Below are positions 20,639-27,513 of a stretch of 27,513 nt of DNA, piece by piece. The position numbers were made by a program, and so were the translations under genes. Each line of letters opens with the position of its first letter. The stretch's first letter is position 1. Origin of the DNA: Escherichia coli (lineage in GTDB: Bacteria > Pseudomonadota > Gammaproteobacteria > Enterobacterales > Enterobacteriaceae); the NCBI RefSeq assembly GCF_003334385.1, contig NZ_QOWN01000057.1; one strand, given 5' to 3'. The notes beneath the pieces were generated by a model. The model was not told where the DNA came from. It worked only from the letters and a program-made list of their open reading frames with translations, and ran no database searches.

Positions 20639-21052
20639 ATGACATCCCGACGAGACTGGCAGTTACAGCAACTGGGCATTACCCAGTGGTCGCTGCGTCG
20701 CCCTGGCGCGTTGCAGGGGGAGATTGCCATTGCGATCCCGGCACACGTCCGTCTGGTGATGGTGGCAAACGATCTTCCCGCCCTGACCGATCCTTTAGTG
20801 AGCGATGTTCTGCGCGCATTAACCGTCAGCCCCGACCAGGTGCTGCAACTGACGCCAGAAAAAATCGCGATGCTGCCGCAAGGCAGTCGCTGCAACAGCT
20901 GGCGGTTGGGTACTGACGAACCGCTATCACTGGAAGGCGCTCAGGTGGCATCACCGGCGCTCACCGAATTACGGGCAAACCCAACGGCACGCGCCGCGTT
21001 ATGGCAACAGATTTGCACATATGAACACGATTTCTTCCCTCGAAACGACTGA
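20639..21052 (+). CDS. holD: DNA polymerase III psi subunit
   Basis: 137-aa product MTSRRDWQLQQLGITQWSLRRPG..., which I recognise as K-12 HolD. Confidence 0.9.
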   Translation: MTSRRDWQLQQLGITQWSLRRPGALQGEIAIAIPAHVRLVMVANDLPALTDPLVSDVLRALTVSPDQVLQLTPEKIAMLPQGSRCNSWRLGTDEPLSLEGAQVASPALTELRANPTARAALWQQICTYEHDFFPRND

Positions 21053-21467
21053 TTTACCAGCGGCTTACCACATTGAACAACGCGCCCACGCCTTTCCGTG
21101 GAGTGAAAAAACCTTTGCCAGCAACCAGGGCGAGCGTTATCTCAACTTTCAGTTAACGCAAAACGGCAAAATGGCGGCGTTTGCGATTACGCAAGTGGTG
21201 CTGGATGAAGCTACATTGTTCAATATTGCGGTCGATCCTGACTATCAGCGTCAGGGATTGGGAAGGGTGCTGCTGGAACATCTGATCGACGAACTGGAAA
21301 AACGCGGCGTGGCGACACTATGGCTGGAAGTCCGTGCCTCAAATGCTGCCGCCATTGCCCTGTACGAAAGTTTAGGCTTTAACGAGGCGACGATTCGCCG
21401 CAATTACTACCCCACCACGGACGGTCGCGAAGACGCCATCATCATGGCGTTGCCAATCAGTATGTAA
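21021..21467 (+). CDS. rimI: Ribosomal protein S18 alanine N-acetyltransferase (GNAT)
   Basis: 148 aa; GNAT motif [13 protein letters not shown]; overlaps holD by 32 nt as in K-12. Confidence 0.9.
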   Translation: MNTISSLETTDLPAAYHIEQRAHAFPWSEKTFASNQGERYLNFQLTQNGKMAAFAITQVVLDEATLFNIAVDPDYQRQGLGRVLLEHLIDELEKRGVATLWLEVRASNAAAIALYESLGFNEATIRRNYYPTTDGREDAIIMALPISM

Positions 21468-21481
21468 GACAAGGTGGAATA

Positions 21482-22159
21482 ATGAAGTGGGACTGGATTT
21501 TCTTTGATGCCGATGAAACGCTGTTTACCTTTGACTCATTCACCGGCCTGCAGCGGATGTTTCTTGATTACAGCGTCACCTTTACCGCTGAAGATTTTCA
21601 GGACTATCAGGCCGTTAACAAGCCACTGTGGGTGGATTATCAAAACGGCGCGATCACTTCATTACAGCTTCAGCACGGGCGTTTTGAGAGCTGGGCCGAA
21701 CGGCTGAAAGTTGAAGCAGGCTTGCTTAACGATGCCTTTATTAATGCGATGGCGGAAATCTGCACGCCGCTGCCGGGCGCGGTTTCTCTGCTTAACGCCA
21801 TTCGTGGCAACGCCAAAATCGGCATCATCACCAACGGCTTTAGCGCCTTGCAGCAAGTGCGTCTGGAACGCACGGGCCTGCGTGATTACTTCGATTTGCT
21901 GGTGATTTCCGAAGAAGTTGGCGTTGCCAAACCGAATAAGAAAATTTTCGATTATGCGCTGGAACAGGCGGGCAATCCTGACCGTTCACGCGTGCTGATG
22001 GTTGGCGACACTGCCGAGTCCGATATTCTCGGTGGCATCAACGCCGGGCTTGCGACCTGCTGGCTGAATGCGCACCATCGCGAGCAACCAGAAGGCATCG
22101 CGCCCACCAGGACCGTTTCTTCGTTGCACGAACTGGAGCAGCTCCTGTGTAAACACTGA
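21482..22159 (+). CDS. yjjG: HAD-family pyrimidine 5'-nucleotidase YjjG
   Basis: 225 aa with the HAD motif I FFDADETL near the N-terminus. Confidence 0.9.
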   Translation: MKWDWIFFDADETLFTFDSFTGLQRMFLDYSVTFTAEDFQDYQAVNKPLWVDYQNGAITSLQLQHGRFESWAERLKVEAGLLNDAFINAMAEICTPLPGAVSLLNAIRGNAKIGIITNGFSALQQVRLERTGLRDYFDLLVISEEVGVAKPNKKIFDYALEQAGNPDRSRVLMVGDTAESDILGGINAGLATCWLNAHHREQPEGIAPTRTVSSLHELEQLLCKH

Positions 22160-22249
22160 TTGCCTCCCCCCCGTTGATGGGTAAAATAGCCGCAATTTTT
22201 CGTTTTCAACAAGCGCGGCGCGATGCCGCTTACTCAAGAAGAAAGAATT

Positions 22250-22324
22250 ATGACGTTGTCTCCTTATTTGCAAGAGGTGGCGAAGCGCCGCACTTTTGCC
22301 ATTATTTCTCACCCCAATAATTAA
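22250..22324 (+). pseudogene. prfC: Truncated 5' end of prfC (peptide chain release factor RF3): 22 native codons, then 2 foreign codons and a stop
   Basis: The ATG at 22250 encodes [22 protein letters not shown], identical to the RF3 N-terminus as I recall it. The G1 P-loop motif (HPDAGKTT in K-12) is broken after HP; the frame continues NN-stop and the sequence becomes AT-rich and unrelated. Confidence 0.8.
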
Positions 22325-22478
22325 GCCCAAATTAAAGCTCTTTTACTCTTTCAAAGTCCTTTCAGTTAATTGAGTGCTAATCATATAACTCATTTAATAA
22401 CATGATGTTATGTGGTTTCTTTAATTGAAAATTCTTTCATGTAACTTTAAATCGATCAGGTTGCTTTCATCAAAAATC

Positions 22479-22535
22479 TGTACATGTGCTTGTACATAAT
22501 GTACAAAACAGCAGAGGTGTTTTTTTATTTGTACA
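22479..22535. promoter_or_regulatory. Four TGTACA hexamers (22479, 22491, 22500, 22530) upstream of the integrase start; candidate operator or arm-type sites
   Basis: Read directly: ctgTGTACATgtgctTGTACATaaTGTACAAaac...tttatTTGTACAAggtgagtaATG. Confidence 0.3.
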
Positions 22536-22544
22536 AGGTGAGTA

Positions 22545-23756
22545 ATGGCGCTGTCTGATGCGTGGTTGCGTTCAGTCGTTGGAAAGGAACGTGATAAGGT
22601 TTTGGTAAAATCCGATCGTGATGGTCTGTCTGTCAGAGTATCACCGAAAGGTCGCGTAGTGTTCCAATACCGTTATCAATGGGCAGGGAAAGGTGAGCGT
22701 CTTGATATCGGAACTTACCCGGCAACTGGATTAAAAGAGGCCAGAGAAGAAGTTATCCGTCTCCGTGGTGAACTCGAGTCAAACCGTAATCCACGATTGG
22801 TCAAGCAGGCTGAAAAACGAAAAGCTACTGAAGCCATGACGGTAGAGTCTGTGATCCGTGCCTGGTATGAAGCATATTGTGTAAAAAATAAAAAGGGTTC
22901 TGAACAGATACTCCGCTCGTTTGAGCTGCACCTGTTCTCTAAAATCGGGAATATCCCTCACGATGCAGCTACATTGCATGATTGGTTAGAAGTCCTGGAG
23001 CCTCTTAGCACTAAGACTCCAGCAATAGCAGACCGATTGCTAATTAACGCAAAGCAGGCCCATGTCTGGGCGTATAAGAGAAAGCTTATTGAAACTCGCC
23101 CGCTGTCGGACATCACGGGTAAAGATATGGATATCCGTAAAGGTCAGAAGAAACGGTTTCTGACACACGATGAAATTAAAATTCTTTATGCTGCGATCGA
23201 TGGTTCTCGAATGGTTCCCAAATACCGGGCCTTCATTAAACTATTGCTGCATTTCGGCTGTCGTAGTTCAGAGCTGATTACTGCCAGGGTGGACGATTTT
23301 GATTTCATTAATAAGGTATGGACTGTACCACCAGAACGACATAAGACAGGGGACATAACAGGCGAACCGCTAAAGCGGCCCATTATTGAACCTGTTGAAG
23401 AGCTTATAAAATATGTTATCTCTATGAACAACGGTTCCGATATGCTTTTTACTAAGGAAGGAAGCAGGGAGCCGGTTGGTCGGACATCATTGCAGTCGCT
23501 GCCTTACAATTTAATGCAGTACGCATGGCGGCGTTTAGGATATCAATTCCCTCATTGGTCTCTTCATGACTTGAGACGTACAGCTCGAACAAATTTTTCT
23601 GATCTTACTGCGCCTCATATCGCAGAAATTATGCTTGGTCATAAGCTGCCAGGGGTATGGCAAGTTTATGATAAGAGCGATTATCTAGAAGAACAGCGTA
23701 AAGCCTACCAGACATGGTGGGAGAGAGTTGAATCGATAGTTACTTGTACTAGCTAA
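22545..23756 (+). CDS. Tyrosine site-specific integrase (P4-like; N-terminal DUF4102-type arm-binding domain plus catalytic domain)
   Basis: 403 aa. N-terminus MALSDAWLRSVVGKERDKVLVKSDRDGLSVRVSPKGRVVFQYRY is typical of the P4-integrase family. The C-terminus carries catalytic-box residues HDLRRTARTN (H-x-x-R), LGHK and the nucleophile Tyr in VYDKSDY. Confidence 0.9.
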   Translation: MALSDAWLRSVVGKERDKVLVKSDRDGLSVRVSPKGRVVFQYRYQWAGKGERLDIGTYPATGLKEAREEVIRLRGELESNRNPRLVKQAEKRKATEAMTVESVIRAWYEAYCVKNKKGSEQILRSFELHLFSKIGNIPHDAATLHDWLEVLEPLSTKTPAIADRLLINAKQAHVWAYKRKLIETRPLSDITGKDMDIRKGQKKRFLTHDEIKILYAAIDGSRMVPKYRAFIKLLLHFGCRSSELITARVDDFDFINKVWTVPPERHKTGDITGEPLKRPIIEPVEELIKYVISMNNGSDMLFTKEGSREPVGRTSLQSLPYNLMQYAWRRLGYQFPHWSLHDLRRTARTNFSDLTAPHIAEIMLGHKLPGVWQVYDKSDYLEEQRKAYQTWWERVESIVTCTS

Positions 23757-24052
23757 GATTCCCGTTGACAGTTTGCGTAGCCAGAGCGCAATCAAATCTG
23801 ACGGTCTGCTTTGAGCTGAAGAGCGGATCTTATGTTCTTTTCACTGTTTCCTCAAAAGCATCTATTACTCACTTCGTTGCTCTTTGTGTCGTTTTGAAGA
23901 AAATGCCACTTAACAAAGAATTGGATTAACTAACTTTTTTAAAGGATGTACTTGCAACTTCAATCACAGAAAAAATTTCCAGTTACCCTAAAATGGTCAG
24001 CTTAAATCATTTTCAAAAAATTATTCAAATGTGTAGGGGAAGTGGGATTTTT

Positions 24053-25840
24053 ATGAGACTTGAAAAACTAATTTTAAAGAATTTTCGTGGCTATCACGGT
24101 GAACATAGTATTGACATTAATTCACTAACTGCAATCGTTGGACGTAATGATGTTGGAAAAACAACTATCCTAGATGCGCTTGGAGTGTTTTTTGACCATA
24201 AATTATGTAAATATGATGCTGCCGATAAATGTGTTGATAGTTTAGATAATGATGACGTAGCAATTGGGTGTGTTTTTTCAGGGGTTGAAATACCTATTGT
24301 CTTAGATGCTTCATCTATAACTAATCTTGAAAAAGAATACTTATTAAATAATGATAAAAAGTTAGAGATATATAAGGTTTTTACTAAAGGTAAGGGAAAT
24401 GGTAGCATTCAAGCGAAATGTATGGCTCCATCAGTAAAAAGTGCAAAGTCTTTACTCGCTAAAAAAAATGAGGAGCTTAAAAGAATTGCTGAATCTATTG
24501 GTGTGGATGATGCAGACAAAAGAAGTAATGTTAGTTTAAGGCAAGAGATTTACAAGAAAATTGGAGATTTGAAACTTCATGAAAGCTTTGTTAAATTAAA
24601 TGCTGAGGAGGGTAAAGTAATTTGTGATAAAATATACGATAAACTCCCTCATTTTGCACTGTTTCGCGCAGATAGACCTAGCACTGATGAAGAATCAGAA
24701 GTACAAGACCCTATGAAGTCAGCTGTACAAACAGCATTGCAAAAAATTGATGTTCAACTTGAGTCCATTAAAGATAATGTAAAAAAACACGCAATTTCCG
24801 TAGCGAATAACACAATTAATCATTTGCATGATATATCTCCTAATCTTGCATCTGGATTAGTTCCAAAGTTTAAGGTGGAACCTAAGTGGGAAAATATTTT
24901 TAAACTGACACTAGAAGATGATAGAGGTATCGCTATAAATAAACGTGGCAGTGGCGTTAGACGTCTTGTCCTGATTAGCTTTTTTAAAGCAGAAGCAGAA
25001 AGATTGCAAAGTGAATTCCCAGATAAAGGTGTTATCTATGCTATCGAAGAACCTGAAACATCTCAACACCCCTCTAATCAGAGACTCCTTATTGAGGCTT
25101 TTCAAGAGTTAGCAAGTTCAGATAAATGCCAAGTATTAATCACCACTCACGTACCAGCACTCGTAGAAAAGATACCGACTGAGTCTTTACGCCATATAAC
25201 CAGAACTCTTGACAATGGTTTAGAAGTAAAAAATGGTGATGATGATGTTCTTAAGAATATAGCAAATGATCTAGGTGTATACCCCGACAGTAGGGCATCT
25301 GTTCTTGTGTGCGTTGAAGGTCCTAATGATATAAACTTTTTAAAAAATATCGGTAAGGTTTATCTTGATTATGGTGTTAAAAATGTTCCAGACATGATGA
25401 ATGATCCGCGTATAGTTTTTATTCCAATGGGGGGGCATACTCTCAAAGATTGGGTTAATAACAATTATTTGAAAGTTCTAAATAAACCAGAGGTTCATAT
25501 TTATGACAGAGATGTTGCAGTTCCTCCCCAGTATGAAAATGAATGTAATTCAGTAAATGCAAGGAAGGATGGCTCTATAGCATTTATGACCCAAAAAAGA
25601 GAAATGGAGAATTATTTACACCCTGATGCCATTCAGGCTGTTTTCGGTATTACTCTAACCATAGACGATATGACAGATGTTCCTTCCGTTGTATCTAAAT
25701 TAACAGCATTCAATGAAAGCAAAGCGAAGAAGAAACTTAATAAGTTCGCTACAGGTAAAATGAGCTATCAAATGCTCACTGCAAGCGATACAGAAAGAGA
25801 GACGTTATCATGGTTTAATGCTATATATGACAGATTATAA
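24053..25840 (+). CDS. OLD-family ATP-dependent endonuclease-like protein (N-terminal ABC/AAA ATPase plus C-terminal Toprim); candidate single-gene anti-phage / abortive-infection factor
   Basis: Walker A VGRNDVGKTT near the N-terminus; Walker B / D-loop VIYAIEEPETSQHPS; H-loop LITTHVP; C-terminal Toprim-like motifs VLVCVEGPND (conserved Glu) and VHIYDRD (DxD). Start placed at MRLEKLILKNFRGY, with GGGGAAG about 10 nt upstream, rather than the track start 23993. About 595 aa, close to the size I recall for P2 Old. The gene is markedly AT-rich. No UvrD-like helicase partner is adjacent. Confidence 0.8.
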   Translation: MRLEKLILKNFRGYHGEHSIDINSLTAIVGRNDVGKTTILDALGVFFDHKLCKYDAADKCVDSLDNDDVAIGCVFSGVEIPIVLDASSITNLEKEYLLNNDKKLEIYKVFTKGKGNGSIQAKCMAPSVKSAKSLLAKKNEELKRIAESIGVDDADKRSNVSLRQEIYKKIGDLKLHESFVKLNAEEGKVICDKIYDKLPHFALFRADRPSTDEESEVQDPMKSAVQTALQKIDVQLESIKDNVKKHAISVANNTINHLHDISPNLASGLVPKFKVEPKWENIFKLTLEDDRGIAINKRGSGVRRLVLISFFKAEAERLQSEFPDKGVIYAIEEPETSQHPSNQRLLIEAFQELASSDKCQVLITTHVPALVEKIPTESLRHITRTLDNGLEVKNGDDDVLKNIANDLGVYPDSRASVLVCVEGPNDINFLKNIGKVYLDYGVKNVPDMMNDPRIVFIPMGGHTLKDWVNNNYLKVLNKPEVHIYDRDVAVPPQYENECNSVNARKDGSIAFMTQKREMENYLHPDAIQAVFGITLTIDDMTDVPSVVSKLTAFNESKAKKKLNKFATGKMSYQMLTASDTERETLSWFNAIYDRL

Positions 25841-25980
25841 CGTTTGATTGTACGCAATTAGGGATCTTTCTTGATATTTAAAAGGCTGCTCCATACATCG
25901 CCTCACAATAGTGGTGTCGTTATTCGGTTACAAATACTACTACTAGGGGGACGGTGAGTGCTAAGGTAACTGTCCTTATT

Positions 25981-26057
25981 GGCACAGAGCGGATTTCAGA
26001 TTAGGTGTGACTCTGTGCCATAGATGGGTATTAGCTCACATTTGATCTAATACCCAT
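25981..26057. terminator. Two stem-loops in the convergent intergenic region between the OLD-like gene and the alpA-like gene
   Basis: ggcacagag-N21-ctctgtgcc (25981-26019) and atgggtattag-N12-ctaatacccat (26024-26057); the second abuts the stop codon of the alpA-like gene. Confidence 0.35.
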
Positions 26058-26251
26058 TACTCAATAACTCCCGCAAACCTGTATATCTTGCGCGATGCCC
26101 ATTTATTTGGGCAGGATTTTATATCAGGATTTGGAAAGTCAGGCCTGTATTTCTGGCCTGTTTTCCTGTTTACGCTGTTCCAGCGAAGAACAGTCGATAC
26201 TGAAACGCCACAGAAGTCGGCGACTTGTTTAGTTGTCATTAAGTTGTTCAT
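26057..26251 (-). CDS. Small HTH DNA-binding protein, AlpA/excisionase-like
   Basis: 64 aa; TTKQVADFCGVSVSTVLRW resembles the AlpA/Xis-type helix-turn-helix. Its start overlaps the stop of the upstream DUF551 gene (TAATG). Confidence 0.55.
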   Translation of the reverse strand: MNNLMTTKQVADFCGVSVSTVLRWNSVNRKTGQKYRPDFPNPDIKSCPNKWASRKIYRFAGVIE

Positions 26252-26898
26252 TACTTCACCTCCTGCGGCGGCTCTGGTAGCGGTATCCAGTGGGTTACTT
26301 TCGATGCCGGTTCTTCTCCATCGTCAGTAACTGCCCACCATTTGTTTCTCGAACAATCGTAATACCCTTCGAAGGTATCGCACTCAGTCCAGCCGTAAGA
26401 CTTACCCCAACACCAAACATACTGTTTATCGTTCGGCATTCGCTCACTACAGCTTATCCAACCATCCGGAGTTACCGGAGAGTTGCCATCCAGCGCGTTC
26501 AACTTGTAAGCCTGGCTTACAGGTTCGGCACTATGAAGTATGGCTGCGCGGCAGGCGTTCCAGCCTGTAGCGTATGCAGCCGCTTTGCTGCTGTCTTCAA
26601 CTGGCGCATCCTGCCAATACATTTCTTCCGGCACTATCGGCGCTGGAGGGGCGGCAAATAGATATCCGCCAAAGTCAGGAAGCTCTCCAATGGCCTGTAC
26701 GAACTTTTGTTTGCCTACGTCAACTCCTAATGGGTAATGAGCTATAATCTTTGCCACCGGCTCTGCTTCCAGCGATACCAGTGCAATTCGTGCCAGTTCT
26801 TCCGCTTCTTCTGCTGGCAGTACAACGTTGCTACCCGGTCCGTATGTTTCGCGCCACTGCTTGATTGTCAGCAGTCGCCCTTTGGTAATAGTGATCAT
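26251..26898 (-). CDS. DUF551 domain protein (phage-associated)
   Basis: 215 aa; the C-terminal region WISCSERMPNDKQYVWCWG...WWAVTDDGEEPASKVTHWIPLPEPP matches the DUF551 signature (...VTHWMPLPEPP) as I recall it. Start overlaps the stop of the upstream gene (ATGA). Confidence 0.65.
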   Translation of the reverse strand: MITITKGRLLTIKQWRETYGPGSNVVLPAEEAEELARIALVSLEAEPVAKIIAHYPLGVDVGKQKFVQAIGELPDFGGYLFAAPPAPIVPEEMYWQDAPVEDSSKAAAYATGWNACRAAILHSAEPVSQAYKLNALDGNSPVTPDGWISCSERMPNDKQYVWCWGKSYGWTECDTFEGYYDCSRNKWWAVTDDGEEPASKVTHWIPLPEPPQEVK

Positions 26899-27410
26899 GC
26901 CGCGTATCCTTCTTTCTTATTAACAATCACACCGTCATATATTTCATTAAGGTGCCCTCTCAACTCCATGCGCCTTAATGCAGATAACATGTAATCGCAT
27001 TCAACCTGCTTATTCCCAGTAAATGGCTTATCGTCAGGATTACCCCAACAGCAATTACCCCTGGGCCATCCATGTACTTTCCGTACTCTTCCGTTAACAA
27101 CGTGAAGTAATCCCCAGCCGGGAGGTAAATCCTCAACTGAAATAATTTCCGGCTCACTAATAAAGAATCGCCAGTCGCCCATGCCAAGTGAGGGATTTTT
27201 ACGGAAACGCTTTTTTCTATCTGCCAACAAGTCAGCACGAGAACACTTCGCCTCTATCAGGCATGATGCTGAATTTCTGAATCCCATAGCATCTGGCTGT
27301 TCTCCGGTACTGGTTACAGCAACAAAGCGGTCATGAAAGCAAACCTTGAACCCGTTGCGCTTAAGGAACTTGTACGCAATCTGACAGAGTTCGTGGTGTG
27401 TTAACGCCAT
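26895..27410 (-). CDS. PD-(D/E)xK-type nuclease, MmcB-like
   Basis: Start set at MALTHHELCQIAYKFLKRNGF... with AAGGAG 7 nt upstream (the track ORF starts 11 codons earlier at 27443). Contains a PD...EAK arrangement (EQPDAMGF...CLIEAKCSRAD) consistent with a PD-(D/E)xK active site. Confidence 0.55.
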   Translation of the reverse strand: MALTHHELCQIAYKFLKRNGFKVCFHDRFVAVTSTGEQPDAMGFRNSASCLIEAKCSRADLLADRKKRFRKNPSLGMGDWRFFISEPEIISVEDLPPGWGLLHVVNGRVRKVHGWPRGNCCWGNPDDKPFTGNKQVECDYMLSALRRMELRGHLNEIYDGVIVNKKEGYAA

Positions 27411-27411
27411 A

Positions 27412-27513
27412 TCACTCTCCTTTGATGCGAATGCCTGTTGCAATGCTGTTTATGATGCTGTCAGTGCATGGGGTAGAAAGCTGGGCATCTCCAGCAATTT
27501 TCATGACCTCAAC
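27412..27513 (-). CDS. 3' end of an upstream ORF (partial, continues beyond the window), product unknown
   Basis: On the minus strand the frame ...VEVMKIAGDAQLSTPCTDSIINSIATGIRIKGE-stop is open from the window edge; its TGA lies 1 nt before the ATG of the MmcB-like gene, and the MmcB RBS sits within its last codons. Confidence 0.3.
   Translation of the reverse strand, partial: VEVMKIAGDAQLSTPCTDSIINSIATGIRIKGE

Larger units (their letters stand above)
22316..27513. mobile_element. Integrative element (integrase-bearing genomic island, P4-like/PICI-like) inserted in the 5' end of prfC; left junction only, the element continues past the window end
   Basis: Abrupt loss of K-12 synteny inside prfC, a drop in GC content, then integrase, cargo gene, AlpA-like HTH, DUF551 and MmcB-like genes. 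The right end and att duplication are not in the window. Confidence 0.75.

Noticed and set aside
22160-22249. Possible att core or direct repeat in the yjjG-prfC spacer
   Set aside because: This spacer is native promoter-region sequence contiguous with K-12-like DNA; the real junction is inside prfC, and the att duplication cannot be assessed without the right end of the island.
21986-22330. 114-aa minus-strand ORF spanning the yjjG 3' end and the prfC fragment
   Set aside because: It overlaps the well-supported yjjG and the native prfC start on the opposite strand; no independent support.
23993-24052. Upstream extension of the OLD-like ORF (track start at 23993, 615 aa)
   Set aside because: The extension (MVSLNHFQKIIQMCRGSGIF) has no RBS; the internal ATG at 24053 is preceded by GGGGAAG and yields an N-terminus (MRLEKLILKNFRGY) typical of ABC-type ATPases.

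Overview
The window is an Escherichia coli-type chromosomal segment that I recognise as collinear with the K-12 region yjiA-yjiX-btsT(yjiY)-tsr-lgoTRD-opgB-yjjA-dnaC-dnaT-yjjB-yjjP-yjjQ-bglJ-fhuF-yjjZ-tRNA-Leu-rsmC-holD-rimI-yjjG. Three places break that synteny. (1) At the left edge a BrnT/BrnA-like toxin-antitoxin pair sits next to yjiA, where K-12 carries mrr and the hsd locus. (2) Only one tRNA-Leu(CAG) gene is present where K-12 has three in tandem. (3) Most important, prfC is cut after codon 22 by an AT-rich integrative element running from about 22.3 kb to beyond the window end. That element encodes a tyrosine integrase, then a single large OLD-family protein (ABC ATPase fused to a Toprim nuclease domain) in the cargo slot, then a convergent overlapping three-gene operon (PD-(D/E)xK MmcB-like nuclease, DUF551 protein, AlpA-like HTH). 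The standalone OLD-family gene is my best candidate for an anti-phage or abortive-infection system. All calls are by eye from the sequence and ORF track and from recalled K-12 sequence; no searches were run. Most antisense ORFs in the track are spurious.
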